A stretch of 57,487 bases of DNA, filler included, from Sluysia triapertura (taxonomy: Eukaryota), in the NCBI GenBank assembly GCA_046118255.1. It is 4 parts of 4 records of this genome, joined end to end, with 100 filler letters (N's around TTAATTAATTAA, not from the genome) between each part and the next. Parts side by side here need not be neighbours in the genome. Positions count along the whole stretch, not along the records: positions 32,113 to 44,359 come from JBJNIA010125965.1; positions 44,460 to 57,487 come from JBJNIA010064856.1; 2 more parts are not named here. One strand, given 5' to 3'. Within the stretch, counting starts at the first letter, position 1; the number at the start of each line of letters is the position of its first letter. The notes beneath the pieces are model-generated. The model did no database searches, was not told the origin of the DNA, and saw only the letters and a list, made by a program, of their open reading frames with translations. The position numbers and the translations under genes were made by a program. Positions 37,020 to 50,010 of this stretch are shown piece after piece.

Positions 37020-38299
37020 CTAAAAGTAAAAATCGACTATTTATCTTTTATTTATTTGATAATTTATTCATAAATTTTGATGTATTTTAACATAATCAGT
37101 AAAAATTAGAAAATACCATTGAATTTCAGAACATAATTTATTTCTTATTAAGTAATCATAATAATTGTATAAAATTATATATTTCTTAAAATAAAATGCA
37201 GAAATATTTATTGAATGTTTTAATCTCTTTTGTTATTGAAGTTAGAATTCAACTAAATGCTGCAAAAATTTAAGTAAGAAAAGAATAAATAATATATTGT
37301 AGTTAAGTTGAGATAAATTAATACATGGTTAAGATTGATAGACGTGCACTGCACGTTTAAATTAAACGGAAAAAGGAAAACAATAAAATATTTATAGCTA
37401 AATATAAAGAATTGGATAATATAAATTGTAAAACCAAATTAGTGTTGTAATTATTGAATCAACAATCACGCTAAATTTAAGAACCACCAAATTTGGAGAT
37501 TTCGATAAAACCAATTAATTCTATCGTTACATATGTATTTGAAGAAATATGTGCTCGTATGGAGTAATTTATCGCATAATGAATAAAACCAATTGGAAGG
37601 GTATCATTGAAAGAATTGGACGCGTGCCTCTTAGCTCTGAAGGAAGGTATAAAAATTGATAAAAGTTGCAATCCACCAATCTTGTAACTATAAATTGACA
37701 AATCTTAACGTAAAATACATCTTTCGAATTCTGTGCTTTCGGTTCACTTGTACAATTTAACTTACATAAGTTTCATTAATATTTATTTTTACATAGTACA
37801 ACAGATGGAAGGTCTTATATTTAAATTTTCATTTCAAAGATCTATATCGATCTAATTTCAATTTATCTCAAATTGATATTGACATAAAATAAGTTTATTA
37901 TCAATCAAAGTGTAAAAAACAAAAATTCTCAAAATAAACAGTCTTAAAGAATAAGCACAAAATATGTAGTTAAATAAATAAGTAGTTAAAACCTTTTTTA
38001 GGTATTTAATTGATCTTTTTAGATTTTGTTTATGTAATTTTTTTCTCTTTAAGTCGGGTTGGGGAAAAAGTTAAAAACAGTTTTTACGTGTAGTTTAGTA
38101 TTTTGATTCCGAGAATCGAAACGATCTTAGAAAAGCAACTTACTAATGATTGATTGCGTCTATATAGAAGTTTTCCAAAAGATGATTGTGTTGCTATTCT
38201 GTGAGAAGAATCTAATAAGGAATTGAATTGTCAACCACTAAAATTGTAAAAAACAGATCGCGATGATAAATTAAACAATATTCAAGAAACTTTTCCTAT

Positions 38300-40296
38300 T
38301 TTAGAAAATGGAATTTTCTTTCTTCGAAAATAATTTTTTAATGATTATAGTTGCTTTTAGTAATAAACTTAGTGATTTTAAAGGTTTGTGATGACAACCT
38401 ATCAGTACCACTAATGTTTATTTATAATCAATCTTATTAATGTCGGAGTGTATTCCTTAAAATTAAACTTGTCATAAAATGTGTTTAAACTTATGTTGGA
38501 TTCGTCTATAGTACATGACTGCAATTCTTCTGGAAGACACTCCTACAAGATTTTACATATGTGGATATACTATGGAACATTTACTAATATAAAAATATCC
38601 GTTTAATTGAACACAACTCAGTAGTATTGTAGATGACCAATGTAGTGGTATTATAGTTTGAAAAATGAAAGAATTGAATATTATAGAAGAGCATAGTTTT
38701 ATGTCTTTAGGGTATTGTCTGTATAAAGGATTTTGAATAGAGTGATATGTAGAAATTTAGATAATTTTGTGATGAAGAAATCAATACATCTTTGTAGTTT
38801 AGATATTTCACCTGATTTATTCTTAAATAATATATCATTTACTAAACTGATATTTTGAAAGTCACTTAAATTATTAGCACTTATGTAAAAGTAAAGAGAG
38901 AGAACTCGTAAGTTACTAGAGCTATTTGTGGTCGTTATCAAAAGCAAACAAGAACGTTTCTGTAATAATTGAACAACTAGTAAGCTAAATTTATTTCTTT
39001 TATTCATAAAATTCCTTGATCCAGGTATTAATAAGTTGTTAATTTTGTATTTAGTGTTTTGTCTTACAAATTTAACTTTGACATATAATTTGACACAACG
39101 AATATAGTATTTATTTGAATTACAATTGGTAAAATACCACTGACAAAAAATAGTTTCATTAGACATTAATATCTCGAGTCCTGACACCGAGTCTAAGAAA
39201 ATTTTCCAATTTCGAAAAACAACTTTTTCCGCACCCCGTTGCGCTCCATGGTGGTCCAATATGCAGTTGTAATCTGTAATGTAGATAAAACTATATATAG
39301 TGTAGAAAAATGTATGAAAATATACCTGATCTTTAACAAAATTCTCAAAAGTGCACTTTATTAGAATCAACATCGTGTTACTTACGAAATATATATTGAA
39401 TATATGCAGTTTTTCAACTAAAGAATTGTTTTCATTTGAAGCAAAAATATGTGATTCAACTAGATGATAACTTTCTTGATGATAACTTTTAAATTGCTCA
39501 AAATATGAACGTCCAATAATACTGGCTGACATAAGACTTGATTTTGCATATTACGTAACGCTAATCTTTTAAAAAGAGAACTAACATACATAAAGGTACG
39601 AGTTGATGAACGACTTACATATTTGTTTGGATGTTAACTAATATGATGAACAATCCCGTCGAGCTCGAAGGAAAATACGAGATAATTTATCGAGAGAATT
39701 AATCGTCTGTCATATGAATGAGTATAGCCTATTATGTTACGGGACACTAGGTCGGACTTTGATGATGTTTTCATACATAATGATAAATATTCATCTAATA
39801 AGTTGGTAATGTTTGCAAGGTGTTCGGATAACTTTATATCATATAAACATTTCATGGTGAATTCTAAATCAAGATCTATTTCTCGATATAATTGATCAAG
39901 TAATAGTATAACACGTTTTACTTTCGATGGATGCACAATATTGCCAGATATGGATGCCGTTGACGAACAATACCATACAGAACCTTGCTCTCGTCTCTGA
40001 AACAAAATCTTCGGATACGGTAGATATCTATCATGCTGTTGGAGTAGAATTGCTGCTAAATGTTGCATTACTAATCTTTTTTGATTTTGATTCAACCAAA
40101 ATTTATTTATATCATAACGTCCAAATGATTCGATTAGATGATTTAATGGAACTGGTATACGTATAACTTCTGAGATAATGAGTATTTTAGAAAAGCTTGT
40201 AATTTATTCTACTTGGCTTGATGGCATTTCCAATTGAGATTTTGTTGTTTTCTTACTCGTAAATGATGGTGATAATGATGAGGATGTCGATGTCAT
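38300..40296 (-). pseudogene. About 2-kb intronless decayed ORF of unknown protein (possibly family A)
   Basis: Frame MTSTSSSLS... runs about 270 codons with 2 TAA stops, then shifts into the 277-aa ORF; further decayed codons continue to about 38300. No domain recognised. Confidence 0.55.
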
Positions 40297-40588
40297 AAAA
40301 ATTTTGTAAAGCTTATATGAATACAATAAATAATTAACCAAATCCTTCAGGTAATCACATTTAACGACAAAAATATAAAACTAAAATCGATGACTTATTT
40401 ATTTTTACTGTGTGTTAATTTTTTAATCTACCAGTAATTTGTAAAATTAGTAAACTCAGTCACAAAAAAAAGATTTTTATTGGCCAGTATAAACGCACAT
40501 AAAATACGAAGAAAATATAATTTTTTAAAAGGCACACAATTTTATCTTGATTAGGAGGTTATTAATGAAGTTGAGTTGTAATTGTCCA

Positions 40589-40649
40589 CCGTCATCAGTA
40601 TTGGCACTCTAATGACATTGTTAAACAGTAGTGTCAATACTGATGACGG
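40589..40649. other. 61-nt hairpin (20-bp stem, 21-nt loop)
   Basis: Arms CCGTCATCAGTATTGGCACT and AGTGTCAATACTGATGACGG: 19 Watson-Crick pairs plus one G:T on the plus strand. Confidence 0.85.
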
Positions 40650-40995
40650 CAGCAAATGTTTTGATATTGATAAATTAAATTTATTAAAAATAATTTTAGT
40701 GACTGATAGCAATAATAATAATAACAATAATAATATTGTTACTATTATTATTCTTATTAAGTAAAAATCGCATGTCTTTCTTTTGATAACTTACACGATC
40801 TTTTCTTTTTAGTTCTAACATAAAAAGGAAACAACAAAAAAAGATGGCATAACGTGAAGGAGCAACAATAACGACGTATACAACGTATCAGTTATCGCTG
40901 TTTCTTCACAGCAAGACAATGAATTCATTTAAGCCTTGATATGCTATTCATGTAAATGTAACGTTGATTTGAGCTGCGTGTGGAAAAAAAAGGAA

Positions 40996-41587
40996 TGTTG
41001 AAGTAATTTCTTGAGATTTGTTTAAAGTTTGAAATAGAAAACAAGATTTATGCATTTGAAATGTTTATGAGAAGGTTGTAGTTTCTATAATTTAAGACAA
41101 TTACAAATGAATCTTGGCGTAATTGTGATGTTGTTAAAAACTGTTAATAATATGTGCAAATGAAGTGAGTTTGTTTTGGTGTAATTGATTCGAGGATTTA
41201 ACGTAAATGTTTTCTTTGAGGTACTCTTAATATTGTTGTATGGTATTAGTGTATTTGTGATTTACATATTATGTTTTGGTTGTGATTTGTTTGATAGAAT
41301 AACTTTTGAGTGAGCGTTATAAATTATTCGGGATTAACTATCAAAGTATGATGTGAATGATTGAAGGTGTTGGACGAATTGTTGGTATATACGTGTTGTT
41401 GAAATATTATAAATGTCGAAAGTTGTTTCTGATGATTCAGTGAATGTAATTCGATAGTGTGAAGTGAGATGGGTTTAAATATTATGTTTTTTGTAAGTTG
41501 TTGTGATTTGATGATGTTAAGTATGATTGTGATTTAGGTGTTATTAAGTTTTGAAGAATTTTTGACTTATGGGTGTTGGCCACCACA
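40996..41587 (-). repeat. TGTGGTGGCCAA...CAACA solo-LTR-like repeat
   Basis: TG...CA ends, strong strand skew, homologous to 26955-27370. Confidence 0.65.
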
Positions 41588-43927
41588 CTTAAGTGTATTA
41601 ATTCATTGAAAATAAACCCACTCATCGATTTGGTATATAAAAAATTACACATCCAAATTGAATAATGATTCATCACGATTAAATCGTTCTTCAGAAAGAA
41701 ATACATTTTGAGATAAATTATATATTTAATAACTGATTAGAGATCCCCATAAACATAAAATTGTCTCATGATTTAATGAAACACAGAAAATTAATTGTGA
41801 AATTGAATCAATAATCCAATTTCAACTGAAGGAAAGAATAATTCAGAATCTGATACAATATAAAAGACAGTAAAAACAATGTTATCCTTCAAATATAAGA
41901 AAAATGGATAAATATATTTTGTTGCACTCGAGCCTGTATATGTATTATATAAAGACCAATCCACTAAATTCAGCATTCCATCATTTAAAGTTTAATTCAA
42001 TTTTTCCAATTTCGATTGTAAATTCTGAATACCAGATTCTACCTTATGAACATTATCAACAAAAGATCCAATTATCTAAATATAAAAATATTAACAACAA
42101 ATGAAATATTAAGAGTAAGTAATTCCTCACATGTTAAACCCAGGTTATTCCCATAAATTTAAGGGTTACGATTGTTTAGATGTAATAATGTTTAAATTTA
42201 TCAGTTTAAATGTTCCAGAAAGAGGTGTAACATTGAAATTGAAAATAATTACCGATTGTCATAACATAAATGAGGATATTATTTGAATATTGATATTACT
42301 GTAACGAAATAATAAAAATAACAAAAAAATATCACAATCAACTTAAAAAATTAATAAACAAAGACTTTGAATTACTGCTATGTTTAAAAATAAACTACAT
42401 CAATAAAATATAAACCATTAATCTTACTATAATTAATTAAGTCCAAAATAGAAATATTGAAATAGAATTCTTTGAAGTAAGAAATAATAAGACGATTCGT
42501 AACAATGACGTGTAGCAATAAAATTAAGATATTAACATGATTGGTTATATTGTGGAATTTCGTAGTCTATAGTGTGTGATTTGTAGTTTGTGTTGGATGT
42601 AGTAAGATGATAATGTATAAAATAGATTAAATGTAAAGTTTTGTGTGTGATAAAATTATTGTGGATGATAGGGACACCACAGATTGAACCACCACACAGA
42701 CTAAACAGACATTGGTATTATTCCCACAAAACTAGTAGTAAACAAAAATTTTAAACCAAAATTGTTCATGCTAATAGATGTAAAATGAATGTAAATGGGA
42801 ATCCCCTTATAATTAAGATGGAATATGCCTGGCGCAAGCTAGTGTCGTAAATAATTACAGTAGTTCAAAAGGTTTAAAGAATATTTCAATGTTTTTACTA
42901 TTAATTATCATTTGGAGTAACTTATGTATTACAAGGCAAAAATGTCAGTACGTGCTAATTGTACGAAGTTTAAACTCAACAATCTAAGAAACATTTTTCA
43001 AATTCATTACACTTGAATTACATCCAATTCGATACTTAATTTAATTTAATATAAGCATCAATTTAATCATTGGAACGATGAATTTAAGAGTAATACGGAA
43101 CATTCACAACGAAAATAATCACCAACATACATAAAAATGCGATTGTTAAGGTTAGTTTTTTTTACATGTTAGGTATCCACATTTTAAAAGTGTTAAAATA
43201 AACTTATAATAATTAAAATCCGTTTGAAATTTTAAAATAATTACAATTGTATTTATTTATCTAATCAATTTCTTTGTTATTGTAACGACATTATTTGATT
43301 AAAATATTAATTTCGAGTAGATTAATGAGTTATATTCATTAATATTTCTTCGCATAAAATACAATTCGCATTCATTCTCAGCTTCATTTTAAAAATCGCA
43401 TTATAAAATCTTATGACATATTATAACCTCCATTTTAAAAAGGGAGTTAAAATCATTAATTTACACCTCGGTTTAAAAAGAAGTTGAAATCAATTCTAAA
43501 ATTTACTGATAAATTTGTAAAGAATGAAGTAATGGTCTAAATCTAATGATTTACTTATAAAAGTACAAGTTAAAATAACTTATAGAGATATATTAGCGAA
43601 ATTTGTTAATTGTACTTTCAAAAATTCTGTGGATAAGCCACAACACATTCATATTGACGTAATAAAATTTACATAATAATTTCCTAATGTAATACTGTAG
43701 TAAAGATTTTTAATGACAACTATAACACATGTAATTATATAAATATTTAAAGTGTCAATATGTTTATATTAAAAATCTAAAAATAGAATTTTAGTCAATG
43801 TGTAAATATCTAAATAAAGTAATAATTTTAAAGTAATAATTTGTGTGTAAATTTATAAATATCGATTTTTCTAAAAATAAAAATAATTGTTAAAATTGGT
43901 ATTATTAATATTATTTATTTTATTTTG

Positions 43928-43962
<35 letters not shown>

Positions 43963-44359
43963 AATCATTATTAGTATTATATTCTTCTTTAATTCTTTAA
44001 TCTATGTTCTTTAAATAAATTAATGTTTTTAAAATATACAAATTTTTTAAAAATATTTTCACAAATTCAAGTTTCTCTTGGAATTTTCTGGCTTGATATT
44101 AGATCGAGAAATAGTTAACGGATTATTCGACGTATTATTATTCAACTCTCTGGTTTTCTTTGACGTTTATCAGAAATTATTCAAATACATTGATTTTTTA
44201 AACAGATTTGTAACCGTTAGTTTGTTTTTATAAGCTTAATTCTCTTTTAAATGATAGTAAAATACACGTAATATTTTAATTCTTTTTCTCGACTCCCTTT
44301 TTAAGAGGGAGGTAATAAATTAATTAAACTTACTGCAAGAGATTATATCATAATCTTAT

Positions 44360-44459
44360 NNNNNNNNNNNNNNNNNNNNNNNNNNNNNNNNNNNNNNNNN
44401 NNNTTAATTAATTAANNNNNNNNNNNNNNNNNNNNNNNNNNNNNNNNNNNNNNNNNNNN
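44360..44459. other. Artificial assembly linker
   Basis: 44 N + TTAATTAATTAA + 44 N. Confidence 0.97.
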
Positions 44460-44530
44460 AGAGCAGTCGGACTGCGCAGACGATGGTCCCGGGTTCGATC
44501 CCCGGTCAGTCCATTTTACGAAGTCTAACA
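44460..44530 (+). mobile_element. tRNA-containing element, copy 4 (5' end lost at the contig edge)
   Basis: AGAGCAGTCGGACTGCGCAGACGATGGTCCCGGGTTCGATCCCCGGTCAGTCCATTTTACGAAGTCTAACA. Confidence 0.8.
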
Positions 44531-46209
44531 GTCATAATAATGTAAAATAGTCAAAGTAATTAGTATCTGAGGTAAATTTAAAACGTATAACCTTTTGCGA
44601 TGTGAGATTTCAGTAAAACCGTAAATTTTATATAATATAATAACTATGATTTGAATTATTTTAGTATTAATTCTATGATAAATTTGATATTTAGTCATTG
44701 AGATATTTGCACGAATAAACATTGAAAAAAATAAAATAAAACAAATTTGTATAAATAAGAAAATATTAATAATTAATCATTCATGAGATAGAGTTACTTA
44801 TAAATTTCGCATGTATATTGTTGAAGTAGTACTAAAAATTTGAAAACCAAAATTACTTTCAAAGATATCTTCCTTTTTAGTTACATGTGTTTAAATTAAA
44901 AATTTATGTTATGTATCAAAAAAAACCTCTATTCATTTATGTCCATGAAAAGTTATCATAAACAAAAAATTTGTAAAACTTGTTTTTTGTTTGAGATTTA
45001 AAAAATGATAGAAAATGAAAAAGTTATTAAGAAAAAGCTAAATATCAACATCAAAGACTCACTAGAATTAAATTAAAAGGTGAGTTAGAATACATTGTTA
45101 GGTATGAATAAGATTTTCTAATAAATTACGATATGATAATTATAATCATTATAAATAATGATAATAATAATAATGTTAAATTTTAAATATTAGGTCTTTA
45201 ATAATAACTTGCAACTTGAGCTTAAGATAATTAATTTCTAACTGGAGGTTATTATTCACTCGTCTCTTGTGTAAAAGATGGAAGTGCAATTTTGTTTGAT
45301 TCAAGCTCTTCTCTTTAAAATCAAACAATATAAACTAAACTGACTAAAAGTTTGTTTATCAACTTTAACAACGAAATAATTCGAATAATGTTATCAATGT
45401 CAAATATACTCTGGGCGCTCGTAAATTTCTTTTAAGTTTAAATTTAACATTTTAATTATTTTAAATGTTATTCTGATAAATATTAAAAGTTAAATGTTAA
45501 TGTATTTAAAATTATAAAATATCAGTTATAATATTTAGATACCAAATACGTTTAACTCGAACAGCAGTTGAATACCAAATATCTTCTTTTCAATAAATAA
45601 CTTGAAAAAAACTCGAATACAAAACATTTTCAATAAATAACTGGAATAATAATCAAATATCAAATACCTTATTCATTAAATAACTCGAAATGATTGAATG
45701 GAACCCATCTATTTATACTTGATTTTACCATAAAAGTGACATTTTTTAATTTTTTATAATACAGTAAAACATAGTAAAATCACGTTTTTGATATTATTTC
45801 ATTTACACTATAACTTTTTATTATTTTATAGTATATGTGTTATTATTTTTCTCTTCTAATTTTAATTACTATTAGTTTTAATCATTGCTATTAATATTAT
45901 TACTATTATTTTAATAACTTTATTGTTTACTATTATGTTATTACTTTTTGTCTTAATTTTTATTTCACATTATATTTTTCTATATTATAAATTTTGTTAT
46001 TTTTAAGATAGAATTATATTATTTTTTGTTTTTTATAGATTTTAATTAATTTCATAAATAATTTTTATTTATAATTAATTTCTCAGAAATAATCTTTACA
46101 ATAATAATGACAACATAAATCAAAATATTAATTACATAAACTTAACTATTATTATTATTAATATTACTATAAAAATTTGTAAAATATGAACTTATAAAAT
46201 ACAATAAGT

Positions 46210-47170
46210 CAAATTTTAATTGTATTGTATATCGTTTGTAATTCGGGAAAGTTTTCTAAACGCACGACTTCATTGCACGACGCACAACGGCATATATGCT
46301 CTCATTCAGATACATCTTCGAAATCTTTCAATAGTAAGTGATAAATAGGAACTGTATAAGGTCGATTTTTACAATTTAAGAAATTTCTACCTAAGCATTT
46401 AATACTTGTTTTAGCAGGATTAGATGCTTCTTTATCATTATTGAGAGATAGATCATTTAAGTTTTCATTAATAATAGATACATGACATACTGATACATGT
46501 AAACCTTTCATAATTATTTCATTACAGTTTCTATGAACTCGGTCTGATGTAAATGCTGAATAATTATGTTGATTAAGTCGATACACATTAGTCTTTCAGT
46601 ATTTAGATTCAGGTGGCATACTTTTTAATTCATTAGCAATAATGATACAATTTTTATCGGTTGGATGATATATTTCTACATCTGACTTTGATGGTAAAAG
46701 ATAGTGTTGTTTATTATGAAATTCAACATCTAAGATAGTTAGAAACATAGATTTCGAGTCACTGTAATAAAGGAACTCATCTTCATTTTTTTTCTAAGTT
46801 GAATTTATAAAAGTTTATTCCATTTAGCTATCTCTATAAGTTGTTTATTTTTATCACTAGAGAAACTAAGTAAAATTTCATCATTGGACATATTATTTTC
46901 TTCTGCGTGTTTACGTTCAATTTCAACATAATACCAAATTATATTCTTTAATAAATAAATCTGTTTCTTAATTTCAGAATCAATAAGAAGTCTAATATTT
47001 ACCCTGAGGATGAATATGTTTGATTCATTAAAATTTATTTGTCTAAAAATCAATCTGTTTTCTATATCTGAATAGTAATTATTAATTGTGAATTATGCAG
47101 AATTTTTGTGCTTATCTCTATTTTTAACTTTTTAATTTTCCAGTTTAGTTATGTAGTGAGATTGGACGTC
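46210..47170 (-). pseudogene. Decayed intronless ORF of unknown family A (about 300 codons, C-terminal HICRCASC)
   Basis: The two ORF-track pieces join through one TAA, one A8-run frameshift and two in-frame TGA. Confidence 0.55.
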
Positions 47171-47489
47171 CAATCAAACTAAAGTAATAGCAAAAATTAT
47201 ATTCACGCACTTAGCAACTGAAATGATTTTAATTAAACTGTCAGCTGATGACAGACTATTGAAATAAAATTGATAAAATAGTTTAATTTATAATACTTAT
47301 TTTATACATAATAATGATAATAATAATGTCAATAATAAGTATAATAAAAATGTCTGTATAATAATAATGATAATAATATAAAATAAAAACAAAAATGAAA
47401 TGCATAAACTTTATTCTTTTAAATTCTTTCGATAAAATTAATCTTATTTTCTTATCTTTAAAATAAAATTAAATAAATATATTTCTTTT

Positions 47490-47862
47490 TTGATTATGAT
47501 GTTTTAAAGCGATTTTGAATGTGATTTTAATGTTTTTCGATGATATTAAAGATTGAGTGTTGAAGGATTGTGAAATTGAATGTTTTGATTAATTTTGAAA
47601 TAAAAATTTCATAATTTTAGATGTAAATTGTGATTCTATTATTGTGAAATTGTGAATAAAAATGTTATAAATGAAAATTGAAGTGTGCATTAATGTTATG
47701 AAATTGTGAATTTAAAATGTTTTGAAATGTAAAAAGGTTTTAATGGATCTGAAAAAGTAAAATGTAAAATGTTAATAAATGTGATATTACTTGTAAAATA
47801 ATGATTTTGAATTTAATTTTGAATTTTGATTTTAAAATAATGACTGAATTTTGGCCACCACA
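47490..47862 (-). repeat. TGTGGTGGCCAA-starting, strand-skewed repeat
   Basis: Same terminus as the copies at 41587 and 26955. Confidence 0.5.
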
Positions 47863-49479
47863 ATAATAATAATTTCAGAATATATAATAAAATTTATAAT
47901 AATAAAAGTAGTAGTGACTATTTTCAATTTAAGTTTTATTTTATAGTTCATTAGATGATAATTCTTGTACATGCAATTCGTAATTCAATTTATAAGTTCA
48001 CAATATTAATAATTTCAGAATTCACAATAATAATTAATTAATAATTCAGTAACTATAATAATTATTACTGTTTTCTGAACTTGCTATTAAATTTTGATTG
48101 TATATATTATATATTCAATCTTATTTTAATATGATTATTTCCGATTATAATGCTCTTAATTTTGAAATAATTTTGATATTACATTATTCTTTCTGTTTTA
48201 CCCATTCTTTAATTTAACTTGATTTTGATCAATTCAATCTCAATTTGATATAATTTTAACTCTCATATTAGGATGATCTTAAGTTCTTAAAAATTAATAT
48301 TATATTCCCTTTATAGGATCTCATTTTAAAAAGATAATTTGTTTGATTTCAATTTAAATTAGTTACTATTTGTTATTAAATTTTGAATTTATACTAACTC
48401 TATTAAATCTCATTTTAAATTGATATAAAGCATTATACTCTTAATGATAATGATTTTAATTTTACTTTCAAATAATTTTATTTTTTAAATTAAATAAATT
48501 TTAGATTTACTTTCAAAATTTGAAAGTTAAAATAATTAAAAATGAAAAATTGAATATTTTGTTACACAATTATCTCTTTGTTAAGCTTTTTTAAAATTAC
48601 TGGACGCAAGAATATAGTGTGTGTTATAACTGGGGATCGGCTTACCATAGAGTTTAAATAACTAAATATATATTAACAAAATTAAATTAAATTAAACATA
48701 ATAACAAAAATCCATAAAAACTAAAATTTATATAAATACAAATTTTACTTCTTATTCCTTGATGAATAATGTTGTAATCTTCCTTCATATTGTAAATATA
48801 TAATATAATAATATCATATTATTATATTATGATAATTATATTATGTTAAATTGAGTGGATTTGTAAGTTGTGAATTTTCTTCTTTTAATTGTTGGTTTGT
48901 TAGAAATATGTGGATCTGAGATTGATATGTTGCATCCTTACTTTATTATAGTAATAGAAATTTTTTGAGTTTGTGAATTTGTCCGATGTAACATTACTGT
49001 TAAGTAATTAAAATTTAAAATGTTATATTGAAAAATACTGTGTATTCCTTGATTGTTTAAGGATTATTTAATTTAAGGATTATATGATTTAAATTGGGGG
49101 TTAAGTCTGTTATGTGCTGATTGTATTATAAATCAGGTATAATTAGTCACAAATCATATGCTTGGTGATTTTTAGTCATAAATATACATTTGCATAAAGT
49201 AATAAATTTCGAAATCGTAATTGTGTAATATTTCGATCGATCAACCACTTTAAATAATATTTGTTAGGTTTTAATTCTTTACTACCATTACTATATGGTA
49301 GATGATATAATAACAAAATAGGATCAATGATTTGATAAATTTTTATAGATCAATTTCATCTATTAAAACTTGCTATAACTTTTTGCATTCAAAAGTTCAT
49401 TTAAAAGATTAAATTGATTTTTTTGATAATTTATTATTATTTTATTATAATTATTATCAATATTATTATTAGCACCAAC

Positions 49480-50010
49480 ATTGAAATTATCCAAAATTGT
49501 CTTGTAATAAAAATCTGATATTGATTGTTATTGTTAATTTGAAGTAGGAATCACCACATATCTGAGTATATTTAATTTCTGTTGCTATGGCATCAGTGTT
49601 ATGAGATTTTACAATTGTTTGCAATTGTTGATTCAACAAATGACAGTTACATTGAGCAGAAGATGATTGATAATAATTAGCCGTTTCTGGTTGATTTTGT
49701 TTTAGTGAGGTAAACAGTAATCTGCTTTATTATTAGGAGGTGAATTAAACACTATTGGTTTGTGATTATAATCATGAAATAGGGACATAAAAGTGTTTAA
49801 GATGCGCCATTCATATGAAAATAAATTTGCCATTATAATCTACCAATAATTTGATATATTTGGTCTTGCGGTAAAACGAATTTCAAACATTTTATCCAAT
49901 TCAGCATCATCAATCATTTTTAGAAATGTAATCCCAATTTTTCCACTAAAGAAATGTATTATAAATCCAATTATGACAATATAAACAATATAGTATGAGT
50001 GTAGCGACTT
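49480..50010 (-). pseudogene. Decayed ORF of unknown protein
   Basis: About 100 codons with one TAG (KSLHSYY...YCLPH), then about 70 open codons in a shifted frame. Confidence 0.3.

Noticed and set aside
41791-42300. Upstream ferlin exons or a spliced gene
   Set aside because: No C2B motifs, and the apparent 55-nt intron joins frames that contain stops.
2097-50010. Genome-wide stop-codon reassignment (many in-frame TAA)
   Set aside because: UTP25 and ferlin exons contain no in-frame stops; stops occur only in frameshifted relics.
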